64,000 bases of DNA from Nitrospirota bacterium (GCA_016208965.1 JACQXB010000023.1:95474-159473); one strand, 5' to 3'; shown: positions 35,524-44,340, counted from the first letter of the stretch. Notes: generated by a model from the sequence alone, not told the origin. A program made the numbers and translations.

Positions 35524-36672
35524 TTATCCCTTCCTTAATAGAAATTTCTCTAAGAGAGGTAAGGTGAACCTGTATTTACCCCTTCCTACTCTGAATATCA
35601 AACCTTTCTCCATAAGGCTTATCAATATCTGATTGAGGTAGTTTTTATCTATTTTTGCCTTTTCTCTTAATTCGGAAAATTTTATTTCCGGTGCCAATCT
35701 TGCCATTTCAAAAAGTATTTTCTGTTCACTGTCCGAAGCTTTATTAAATCTACCTGCAAAAAAACTTTCATCCAATTCTTTTAAGAGCAATGGGTGCATC
35801 TCTTTGAAATCTTTTAATCCTATTTTTTTCTTGGGGACGTTCTGAATCAGATAATAAGGATGGAATTGCAAGAAATATGGATAGCCGAAGGTTTCTTCTA
35901 TAAGGGCATCAATCAACTCATTTGTAAAATTAATATCTGAATTTTTCAAAGGCAACATTATAGCCTTTTGAGAAGCCTCTCTTGAGAGATTTCCTATGCT
36001 TTTTACTGTAAACATCCTTTCTGAATAGGTCTTGGCTTTAACAAGATTAGGAAAGAGTTGAGGCAGCCCTGAAAGCACAAGATAATATCTTAAACCTTCC
36101 TGTTGAACATGAGAAAAACTTTCAAGGAGTAAAGAGAGAGGATGATTGTCAGCTATCTTACCATCTTCAATAAAATGAAACTCGTCATAGAGAAAAACCA
36201 GACCATTGTATCTTGAATCAAGAATAGATTCATAAACATCCGTTAATACAGCTTCCAATCTATCTCCAAGTGTCCCTTTATATTTTTGTATAAGAACAGA
36301 AATAAAATCTCCCTCGATATCTTCCTTATATCCTCTACCAAAACCTATTAGAGGCTTCTTCAGTTTTTTTGCCAGAGAGATTCCCCTTGTTTTCGCAATA
36401 ATATCTGTCAAGAGGGCATTTAAAAATTCACTCTCATGATTGAGTTTGCTATTAAACTCGCGTTTTACAAAAAGCCATTTTTTCTTGGTGCATATCTCCT
36501 CAAACTTTCTTAGCAAAACTGTCTTGCCTGTTCCACGTATTCCTGAAAGAACCAGATTTTGTGGGAGCGACAGTGCAGAACTCAAGGATTTCTCAAACCC
36601 GAGGATTTCATCCTCTCTACCAGCCAGATAAGGTGGCATTATTCCATTACCGGGGCGAAAGGGATTGCTCAT
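35524..36672 (-). CDS. AAA ATPase of the archaeal-ATPase (PF01637-like) type with a C-terminal winged helix
   Basis: GREDEI...LSGIRGTGKT Walker A, VFLYDEFHF Walker B, and a C-terminal wHTH-like LISLMEKGLIFRVGRGKYRF. Confidence 0.8.
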   Translation of the reverse strand: MSNPFRPGNGIMPPYLAGREDEILGFEKSLSSALSLPQNLVLSGIRGTGKTVLLRKFEEICTKKKWLFVKREFNSKLNHESEFLNALLTDIIAKTRGISLAKKLKKPLIGFGRGYKEDIEGDFISVLIQKYKGTLGDRLEAVLTDVYESILDSRYNGLVFLYDEFHFIEDGKIADNHPLSLLLESFSHVQQEGLRYYLVLSGLPQLFPNLVKAKTYSERMFTVKSIGNLSREASQKAIMLPLKNSDINFTNELIDALIEETFGYPYFLQFHPYYLIQNVPKKKIGLKDFKEMHPLLLKELDESFFAGRFNKASDSEQKILFEMARLAPEIKFSELREKAKIDKNYLNQILISLMEKGLIFRVGRGKYRFTLPLLEKFLLRKG

Positions 36673-36711
36673 TTTTCTCCTTGTGTATAATTGTATAGTT
36701 AAATTTACTAC

Positions 36712-36741
36712 ACTATACTACACTTAATTTTGCCCTGTCAA
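36712..36741 (-). promoter_or_regulatory. Candidate sigma-70 promoter of the ATPase gene
   Basis: Minus strand reads TTGACA-N18-TATAGT, followed by RBS AAGGAGAAAA before ATG 36672. Confidence 0.45.
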
Positions 36742-36945
36742 GAGTTTTCCTTAGTTCTTTGAGGGGGAAGCAGTGCGAGGACGCAGATTGTGTCCAAGCC
36801 TGCGATCATTACCTTGTTTGTATTGGGCGATAGATTTCATTTTTGAATTTCAAGGGTATGGTTTGAAAATTGCCTAACAATGGTAGCCATTAATCATATC
36901 ACGATCTGTTGCGTTCCTATGTCCAGGCTGACCGCATTGTAAAAT

Positions 36946-37206
36946 TTATATTCTAACAAAATCTAAAACCCAATCAATTTCAATTATTCCACCGCGTCCA
37001 TTTCTATCGAATCTCATATAGCGATTTTTGATTTTGTAGCCCCACTTGTTGGTTATTCTAAAACCATTCCTTTCTGCAATTTCAGTCAAGAAGTTAGACG
37101 TATTAAAGGGAATGTTGCTTACGGAACTGTCGCCGACTACCATTATATAATGCCTGCCTTTGTCTAAGCATTTTGATATTTCCGCAAAGTGATCCAATAT
37201 GCTCAT
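36946..37206 (-). CDS. Small hypothetical protein, possibly the central remnant of a beta-class DNA methyltransferase
   Basis: 86 aa. LDKGRHYIMVVGDS and EIDWVLDFV resemble the blocks between motif IV and motif I of N4/N6 MTases, but neither DPPY nor FxGxG is present. Weak. Confidence 0.3.
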   Translation of the reverse strand: MSILDHFAEISKCLDKGRHYIMVVGDSSVSNIPFNTSNFLTEIAERNGFRITNKWGYKIKNRYMRFDRNGRGGIIEIDWVLDFVRI

Positions 37207-37212
37207 GAATAA

Positions 37213-38730
37213 TTACAAAGTCGCTTCATTTAATGTTGCTTTCGTCTCAAGACTGCTAACAAACTTCTCAATATCCGAAATTCTCACCTCTAAACCCTCT
37301 TTTTTAATAAAACTAAAGTAGCGTTCAGTATCAATAAAAGATTTTGGCGAAATAAACACGGAATATGATCTAGTCCCGTTTTTTACATACTCCTCAAGGT
37401 GTCGGTGTACCGAAAAGGATTCTCTAATGTGTTGTTGTGTTCCTGTTAGTAATGTAACTTCTACCAAAACAGTGTCTTGATCTTCTAAACATTCAATATC
37501 GGGACTTCCGCCAGAAGCAAAACTTGTTGGTAAGCCCTCGTCATCGGAAATAAAATTTGGTTTTACTACCACATTCGGTAATTTTTTGAGAATAGCCAAT
37601 GAAGTCAAAAATTCTAAGCGCAATGGTTGTTCTATAATTTTCAAGATATCATCATCTGAAGATTTTTTCCGTGCCAAATTAAGCATTTCAGCTTTAATTG
37701 ATTCCCATTCGTAATGTTTTACCCATTTTTCTAATTCTGCTTTTGTGGTTCTGACAGGCGATTTATAGACGGAAAGTGTTGCAATCAAATCAGTATCAAC
37801 TTTTCCGATATAATCAAAAAATTCTTTTTCTGTCTCAAACTCTTGGTAAGAAATATAATTTTTCAAAATATAATCTACGGTTGCTGTCTCTTTTGTATTT
37901 ATGTCTATAAAACGACTGCCCCCACGCAAAGAAAATAAACCAGTTAAACGCATTTTACGAATAAAATCATCGGGATAGTCTCCTAAAATGGAATTATCAT
38001 CTCTTTTCGTTTCGTTTAATAAGCTATAACAAAGTTCTAAAATTACTTCATTGCTTGGTGAATAGCCATATTTTTTGCGTAATTTCTTAATTTCACGATA
38101 TAGATTTTCAGCATTATCATTTTGCCAGCAAAGTAATAATGGAATTTCCAATCTTGAAATACCTGCGCCATTATAATCAGAATCATCATTCAAAAGTTTT
38201 ATTGTTTGTATCAGCAAGAGCAATGGCACATTTTTATTTAAAACTCTACGAAATGGGTTTTGTCGTTGGTATTTTGCAAAAGCATTAGCAAAAACCATTA
38301 ACTCATTTTCAGGTTTTTCTTTGTCCAGTAACATTTTTCCACTTTCAGAAAACTTTATTTCTTCATTTGCCCAATACCAAACAAACCCAAGCTCTTTGGC
38401 AATTTTAAACCAAGTATCAAATCTTGAAGGCCAACCTTTTTCAAACCCTGCTTCTTTATGGCTTTGCGGGTTACCGGAAAATACTTTTTCCGTTTCCGTT
38501 TCGCTTAATTCAATTTCATTTTTCCATTTATCTTTAATGGCAGGTGATACTTTCATCGGTTGGTATAATCCCTTTTGGATTAAAGTTTTAGCCACCTTAT
38601 TAATAAGTTCGTTTGTTAAGATTTCGCCATCGTATTCGCTGAGAACCAGTAGAAAATCTTTTAATCTTTCTGGATTTCTCATCGTTGTTGTAAACAGTAA
38701 TGGCTTGTATTCAGCTTGTCGTTTATTCAT
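37213..38730 (-). CDS. Type IIS restriction (or nicking) endonuclease, AlwI/BstNBI/MlyI/PleI-like
   Basis: TTTMRNPERLKDFL N-terminus, RLTGLFSLRG, and catalytic block GGSPDIECLEDQDTVLVEVTLLTGTQQHIRESFSVHRH. From memory these resemble N.BstNBI (PDMEIIYEDFIVLGEVT...Q...ES..V.RH). Adjacent to two m6A MTases. Confidence 0.62.
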   Translation of the reverse strand: MNKRQAEYKPLLFTTTMRNPERLKDFLLVLSEYDGEILTNELINKVAKTLIQKGLYQPMKVSPAIKDKWKNEIELSETETEKVFSGNPQSHKEAGFEKGWPSRFDTWFKIAKELGFVWYWANEEIKFSESGKMLLDKEKPENELMVFANAFAKYQRQNPFRRVLNKNVPLLLLIQTIKLLNDDSDYNGAGISRLEIPLLLCWQNDNAENLYREIKKLRKKYGYSPSNEVILELCYSLLNETKRDDNSILGDYPDDFIRKMRLTGLFSLRGGSRFIDINTKETATVDYILKNYISYQEFETEKEFFDYIGKVDTDLIATLSVYKSPVRTTKAELEKWVKHYEWESIKAEMLNLARKKSSDDDILKIIEQPLRLEFLTSLAILKKLPNVVVKPNFISDDEGLPTSFASGGSPDIECLEDQDTVLVEVTLLTGTQQHIRESFSVHRHLEEYVKNGTRSYSVFISPKSFIDTERYFSFIKKEGLEVRISDIEKFVSSLETKATLNEATL

Positions 38731-38734
38731 AGGT

Positions 38735-39640
38735 TTAATAGTTAGTGATCAAAACTTCTTTAATCACTTTTTTACCGTTATTGTGATAATTGATGTAATT
38801 GCTTTCTATTTTGTGCACTGTATATTTTTTCATCCATACTATCAATAAATCGTTTTTACTTCCGTTGTAGTGAGTGACATTTGATAAAGCAAATTTAACT
38901 CCCTTTTTGTCTAAATCAGCCACTATTTTTAATAAGTTCGATTCTGATTTTTCGCCCCAAAGTTTATTGTATTCACTTGCTGTTATTAGATATGGCGGAT
39001 CTAAATATACAAAATCATTTTTAAGATATTTTTTATCGGAAAAGAATTTATTAAAATCTTTTGAAGTTATAGATATTTTTTTATCGTGTACAAAATCAAA
39101 ATAGTCATTCAAGGCATTAACTACATTTTTATTAAAGTCCACATTTCCGACAGGAAGATTGAATTTTCCGCTACCATTAAATCTTAACATTCTATTGAAA
39201 CCATATATTAGTAATATGTATAAAATTAGAGGATCATTTTTTTTGTAATTATTAACGCACATCCTTAATTTTTCATAACCACCCTTGTTGAATCTTGCAT
39301 AATAGGTCTTTTTAAACTCCTTTTTCAAATAATCTGGAACAATATCTCTTTTATACGAATGAGATAACTTGTATTTATGAATAATTTTTTCAACACCTTT
39401 AAAAAACTTTTCGGGATTTTTTGCGCTGGCAATCAAAATTTTGTGTATATTTACAAGATGTTTATCTATATCGTTTAGAAAATATTTTTTTGCCTCAATG
39501 TTTAAAAATACTGTGCCTCCACCAAAAAAAGGTTCGTAAAAGTTATTTATTTCTTTTGGAAATAAATTTACCAATTGCTTCATTAATTTGTATTTATCCC
39601 CGACATAAAACAAAGGAGATCTTCTTATTTTATTGCTCAT
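38735..39640 (-). CDS. D12-class (Dam-family) N6-adenine DNA methyltransferase
   Basis: YVGDKYKL, FEPFFGGGTV (motif I) and YLDPPY (motif IV). Confidence 0.85.
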   Translation of the reverse strand: MSNKIRRSPLFYVGDKYKLMKQLVNLFPKEINNFYEPFFGGGTVFLNIEAKKYFLNDIDKHLVNIHKILIASAKNPEKFFKGVEKIIHKYKLSHSYKRDIVPDYLKKEFKKTYYARFNKGGYEKLRMCVNNYKKNDPLILYILLIYGFNRMLRFNGSGKFNLPVGNVDFNKNVVNALNDYFDFVHDKKISITSKDFNKFFSDKKYLKNDFVYLDPPYLITASEYNKLWGEKSESNLLKIVADLDKKGVKFALSNVTHYNGSKNDLLIVWMKKYTVHKIESNYINYHNNGKKVIKEVLITNY

Positions 39641-41445
39641 GTTTTTGCCTTGGTTACAAACAGGTATTCTTTGTGATTGTTGAAATTAGTATTGCCTGCG
39701 TTAAAATGCCTGTAATTTTTTTCAAAAACCTTAGTTGATCCTTTTGTCTGTAGAATTTTTTCTATTTCTTGAAGCGTAATCTTGTTGCGCGATGAGTTAC
39801 TTTTCGAATCGTAGGTATTATTATATGAAATAACTAGATATTGAGCGTCGAGGTCTCGCACAAGCTCTGCGAATTTATCCTTGGCGTTATTTCGGCAATA
39901 ATCGCTCATATTTTCTGGCTCCGGCTTTAGTGCAACGCCATAAAGTTTTGGTTTATCCCATTTAGTCAATGTTTCAAGCACATGATAAAATCTGCTGTAT
40001 TGTCTAGAATTGTAAGGTGGATCAATATACGCCACATCCACCTTTATTTTTTTAGCCAAAATATTTGCGTCCTCTTGAAAAATAGATATTTCTTGAACAT
40101 TAATCGGATCAATTGGTTTCATGAAAAAACTATCGTTTGTAAGTTCTTTCTTGAAATAGGCGTCGAAATGTCCAACTGTGTTAGCAATTTTATCAGCAGT
40201 ATAGAGTAGTGAAGCAATTAACATGTAATATTCTCTTTCAGTTAAATTGTTTTTATTTTTTTCAATATTTTCTCTGATAAAACCGATAATTTTTGCTGAA
40301 TTGCTGCTAAAAAATTTACCGCCAAACTTTTTGGAAAAATAATTTTCATCTAAATCATCGCTGTAAATATTATTATAGCTTTTAATAATGTTATCTATTT
40401 TATTTTTATCCCATACTTCATTACCAAAGAAAGCGCGATATATTGCGTAATTAGAATGCAAAAAATCATTTAATAATACATGGTTAAAATGTTTTGTCGC
40501 TACGGCAGAAACAACGCCAGTTCCTGCAAAAATATCAGCGAAAAAATCTCCACTGCATTCTTTGTTAATTATAGAAAAAATCCATTCAAGTAGTTTGTGT
40601 TTGTTTCCAATGTATCTGCGATTATGTAATTGGATATGATTTTTTTTTACTTGCGGAATGTAGAAATAATTCTCTTGGATTTTTTCGGCGGTTATTTCAT
40701 ACGCTGGTTTTTCAGCTTCAAACATTGCAAAAAGTGTTCCTTGTATTCCGTCAGCGATATAATCAAAACCCTCTTTTTGCTTTTTTAGTTTTTCATAAAA
40801 ACTATAATGATTATTTTCAGAGACAATAATGAAATCAACAACAGGTATCCCCATTATTTCTCCCGCTTGAACTATTTTTTCGACAATTTGATTATCTTTT
40901 TCGCTTGGCGAAGAATCACCCGATGGGTGGTTATGAATTAAAATAACACTAGCGGCATTTAATTCTGTCGCTGGATAAAAAATTTCTCTTGGATGGAGCA
41001 GTGCTTTATCCAACAAACCTACGCTAATAATTTCCTTTTTGAGCAGGGAATTTCTCGCGTTAAGATACAAACAAACTAAATGTTCTTTTTTCTTGTCTCT
41101 TAAGTCATAAGTGAGTGATAGAACATCTTGAGAATTTTTAATAATAATCTCGTTTGATTTTTCGTCCGCATAGAATCTTTTTACTAAAGAAATTGCAGAA
41201 GCAATTTGTAAGGCTTTAGCTTGACCAATCCCTGAAATTTCTACTAGATCATCAACAGTAATATTTAAAAAGTTTTTACCAAATTTTTTGATAATATTCT
41301 CTGAAAGTTGCCTGACATTTTTTCCCTTTATACCACTGCCTAAAAGAATCGCCAAAAGATCACTTTTGGAAAGTGCATCAGCTCCTTTTTGAAGAAATTT
41401 TTCTCTTGGGCGATCTATTTTGGGTATGTCCTTAATTTTTGGCAT
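39637..41445 (-). CDS. Fusion protein: RadC-like HhH+JAB domain (aa 1-225) plus D12-class N6-adenine DNA methyltransferase (aa 270-602)
   Basis: N-terminal half reads RPREKFL..G...LSKSDLLAILLGSG, HhH GIGQAKA and JAB ILIHNHPSGDSSPSEKD. C-terminal half reads RYIGNKHKLL, FADIFAGTG and YIDPPYNSRQY. Confidence 0.85.
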   Translation of the reverse strand: MPKIKDIPKIDRPREKFLQKGADALSKSDLLAILLGSGIKGKNVRQLSENIIKKFGKNFLNITVDDLVEISGIGQAKALQIASAISLVKRFYADEKSNEIIIKNSQDVLSLTYDLRDKKKEHLVCLYLNARNSLLKKEIISVGLLDKALLHPREIFYPATELNAASVILIHNHPSGDSSPSEKDNQIVEKIVQAGEIMGIPVVDFIIVSENNHYSFYEKLKKQKEGFDYIADGIQGTLFAMFEAEKPAYEITAEKIQENYFYIPQVKKNHIQLHNRRYIGNKHKLLEWIFSIINKECSGDFFADIFAGTGVVSAVATKHFNHVLLNDFLHSNYAIYRAFFGNEVWDKNKIDNIIKSYNNIYSDDLDENYFSKKFGGKFFSSNSAKIIGFIRENIEKNKNNLTEREYYMLIASLLYTADKIANTVGHFDAYFKKELTNDSFFMKPIDPINVQEISIFQEDANILAKKIKVDVAYIDPPYNSRQYSRFYHVLETLTKWDKPKLYGVALKPEPENMSDYCRNNAKDKFAELVRDLDAQYLVISYNNTYDSKSNSSRNKITLQEIEKILQTKGSTKVFEKNYRHFNAGNTNFNNHKEYLFVTKAKT

Positions 41446-41572
41446 AAATTATGTTTTAAGTAGTGATATTATATCCTATGTTCCTATCTGCACTGTTATG
41501 TTGCGATAAGTTTAATTTGTTCTCGCTCAATATTCAATTATAGTCGTTGTTTAAATAATCCCTCATTATAGG

Positions 41573-42874
41573 TTATCCCTTTTGCTCTTTCTTCCCTTTT
41601 GGCATGAATCGTTCCAAAAAAGAATTCGCTGGTGTTTCATCCGAAGTTTTTCTTTCAAATACTCGTAATGGAGTTTCAGATAAAATAGAAATTGTTCTAT
41701 CACATAAACGAGGAAGTGCTACTTCTGGGTCAACTTCTTGCATCTGTTTTTTATAACCTTCGAATGCTCTTGAAATTGATTCTTTAAATGCATAATCCTC
41801 TTCAAGACGAATTTTATGACCATAATTTCTTTCAAAAAACCATCCTAACCATATTAAAGGAAACGTCAAAGGGACTCGCTGCAAAAGATATGCCCACCAT
41901 TCAACTTTTCCAATATGCTCTGTAAAAGCATATATAATCCAACTTACCATTAGAACTAGAAAAATAAGACTACCTACAAACCCTACTACCCAATACTTTT
42001 TAGATTTAGTGATATCTTCTTTTCGTTGCCTGAATGAACTTGCTAATCCTGCGCTTGTCGCGCCAGGGAGCAAATCTTCAACCCTTTTTAGAGTATTGTC
42101 GGTATTCTCAATAAGCAAGTTTAATTTCTTTTCTCGTTCAGTTAAATCTTCTTTAATTTTTTCCGATTTTTCAGACAGTTCTTTTATTTCCTTTGCCCAG
42201 TTATCAACTTTTCCTTTTAAAGTTTCCATTGTTGAAGATAACTCTTTAGCGCCTTTTTCAGTTTGCTGAATTGCCGAAAGAATCTGTGTAGCTTTTTGGT
42301 TAATTTCTGCTGACTGGGTCAAGTTATCATTTATTTTCTTTGCGTTTTCATCAGAGGATGTTGTAATTGATTGAAGTTTTTCTGTGGTCTTTTCGACTTC
42401 TCCTAGAAAAATTTCAAGCTTATTTTTAAGATTTAACCCGCCTTCAAGGTCATTTTTGATCCTCTTAATTTCCACGTCCTGAATTTTTAATTGGTTTAGT
42501 TTCGTTTGATAGCCTAAAACCTCCTCGGAAAGATTATGAAATCCAAATTGCCAAATTGCGGTGTTGAGTTGTTCAATTGTATCGGTAAGATTTGTTATCT
42601 GGTCTGTTCCACCAGTAAGTCCGACCAAATACTTAGAAATTGCCTCAAGATTATTAAATAAAGTTTTCTGCACAGTAATTGGAAGTTGTATTAATTTTTT
42701 CTTCTCTATAGCATCTACAAGAATAAATTTGGCTGTGTTAAGATTTATAAAAGATTCATCAAGGGGAACAATACCGCGACTGGTGTCAAAACCAAGCTCT
42801 TTACATTTTGCAAATGCTGCGTTCTGTGCCTCCTCTGTAAAAGTAGTTAATATTTCCCATATTTTGTCTATCAT
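41573..42874 (-). CDS. Hypothetical coiled-coil protein with a C-terminal 2-TM hairpin
   Basis: Start taken at ATG 42874 (MIDKIWEIL), 7 nt after GGAGG. About 280 aa of heptad-rich sequence, then LLPGATSAGLASSFRQRK, two TM helices and YAFKESISRAFEGYKKQ. No family recognised. Confidence 0.6.
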   Translation of the reverse strand: MIDKIWEILTTFTEEAQNAAFAKCKELGFDTSRGIVPLDESFINLNTAKFILVDAIEKKKLIQLPITVQKTLFNNLEAISKYLVGLTGGTDQITNLTDTIEQLNTAIWQFGFHNLSEEVLGYQTKLNQLKIQDVEIKRIKNDLEGGLNLKNKLEIFLGEVEKTTEKLQSITTSSDENAKKINDNLTQSAEINQKATQILSAIQQTEKGAKELSSTMETLKGKVDNWAKEIKELSEKSEKIKEDLTEREKKLNLLIENTDNTLKRVEDLLPGATSAGLASSFRQRKEDITKSKKYWVVGFVGSLIFLVLMVSWIIYAFTEHIGKVEWWAYLLQRVPLTFPLIWLGWFFERNYGHKIRLEEDYAFKESISRAFEGYKKQMQEVDPEVALPRLCDRTISILSETPLRVFERKTSDETPANSFLERFMPKGKKEQKG

Positions 42875-42970
42875 ATTAATACCTCCTCTCTGCACTTACT
42901 AAAATCTACTTTTCCTTCCTCACCCCTTTAAACAGCTCCTCATCCGCCTTCTGATGAATAACTTTACCTT

Positions 42971-43330
42971 CTATTCCCAAAACTCGCTCAATCCCAGGCT
43001 TATTGCTATAGCCTTGTCAACCTCTTTAATCTTGTGTTCGGGAAGCGCTCCAACAAAATTCTCGAGTCTCTCTTTATCAATGGTATATATCTGCCCAAGA
43101 TGTACAACAGATTCATGGGGCAGTCCGCTTTCTTTTGGTTTTATTAATACGCCTACCGGCAATTCAGCAACTTTGAGGTTGCTTGTTATGGCAGCAACAA
43201 TTGTCAACCTCCCGACTTTATTACCTATGTCGTTTTGAATAACAAGTGCCGGATGAGGCCCTTTCATTTCCCTGCCCTTTGAAGGACTAAAGTCAAGAAA
43301 ATATATTTCACCACGCTTAGGCTGTTTCAT
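42971..43330 (-). CDS. mazF: Type II toxin, MazF/PemK family endoribonuclease
   Basis: RGEIYFLDFSPSKGREMKGPHPALVIQND...TIVAAITSN pattern. Confidence 0.88.
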   Translation of the reverse strand: MKQPKRGEIYFLDFSPSKGREMKGPHPALVIQNDIGNKVGRLTIVAAITSNLKVAELPVGVLIKPKESGLPHESVVHLGQIYTIDKERLENFVGALPEHKIKEVDKAIAISLGLSEFWE

Positions 43331-43602
43331 TTCCTCTTTGCCTTTCTGCCGGCTTTATATGTTGCAACAGGCTCTGCACAAATACTCAAAAAGTCTTCTG
43401 AAAGGCGCTTATCGTCATCTGCGATTTCCTTATAGATTCTTTCTGCTTTTTCAATAGCCTGCTGCTTCTTGTAATCACTAATCATTTTTGTAATAGCCTC
43501 TCTGACAATTTCGCTTCTGTTCTTTTTTAATCCCTTTGAAATCCTGTCTATCTCTTCAACAAGTTCTGCGGGAAAGCTTATCCCAAGTTTTACAACCGGC
43601 AT
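43327..43602 (-). CDS. RHH (CopG/MazE-like) antitoxin
   Basis: MPVVKLGISFPAELVEEIDRISK...NRSEIVREAI ribbon-helix-helix. AAGGAGG RBS before ATG 43602, and a stop overlapping the mazF start. Confidence 0.75.
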   Translation of the reverse strand: MPVVKLGISFPAELVEEIDRISKGLKKNRSEIVREAITKMISDYKKQQAIEKAERIYKEIADDDKRLSEDFLSICAEPVATYKAGRKAKRK

Positions 43603-43712
43603 TTTTACCTCCTTGAAATACCATATTCTACAAATTAGAATACCACAAAGAATACCATAATTCAAACTTAGATTTTTATATGCAAAGATTTACGGTGCAT
43701 TCTTAGCCATAT

Positions 43713-44339
43713 TCAAACCTCCAAATTTGGAATTGTTGTTACAGCTACCCCCTGAACCTGAAAATTTTCAGTCAGGATAATCGGCTTATGATTTTTATTA
43801 CTTGACCTCGGCATTAGAACAACACAATTTTTACTATGTTGAAACTCTTTCACAGTTGCTTCATCATCAATCATCGCTACAACTATATCCCCATTTTGTG
43901 CCGATGACTGCTGGCGGACAAGTATTAAATCTCCATCATTGATTCCAGCTTTGTTCATAGAATCACCTTTAGCCCTAAGCAAGAAGTATTTAAACCCTGG
44001 TTTTGCAAGGGAAACGGATACAGGAATATATCCTTCAATATTCTCCTGAGCTAAAATAGGCAAACCACAGGACGCCATACCAACTAAAGGAACATCTACT
44101 GTGCGGGCATGAACTGAATCCGAGTCAAGAACTTTAATTAATTGCAAATCTCCATTTGAACGTTTTCTCAAAATACCTTTCTGAATTAATTCCTCAATAA
44201 TTAAAGCAGCTGAACGAGGGGATTTATATCCAAGCTCTGTCATCAACTCACGCACAGATGGGGTTTTTCCCTTATGCATAAGCCAGTTTCGTATACAGCG
44301 GACTGCATCTGCTTGTTTTTGACTGAGTTGTATCTTCAT
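43713..44339 (-). CDS. lexA: LexA-family repressor (wHTH plus S24 peptidase)
   Basis: N-terminal PSVRELMTELGYKSPRSA wHTH, VPLVGMASCGLP cleavage region, GDSM serine and a conserved K (ATVKEF). Confidence 0.82.
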   Translation of the reverse strand: MKIQLSQKQADAVRCIRNWLMHKGKTPSVRELMTELGYKSPRSAALIIEELIQKGILRKRSNGDLQLIKVLDSDSVHARTVDVPLVGMASCGLPILAQENIEGYIPVSVSLAKPGFKYFLLRAKGDSMNKAGINDGDLILVRQQSSAQNGDIVVAMIDDEATVKEFQHSKNCVVLMPRSSNKNHKPIILTENFQVQGVAVTTIPNLEV

Positions 44340-44340
44340 A

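Noticed and set aside
42896-42970. Short in-frame-looking peptide (…GKVIHQKADEELFKG…) on the minus strand between mazF and the coiled-coil gene, possibly a gene remnant.
   Set aside because: Too short, with no start or RBS and no recognisable family. Cannot be supported.
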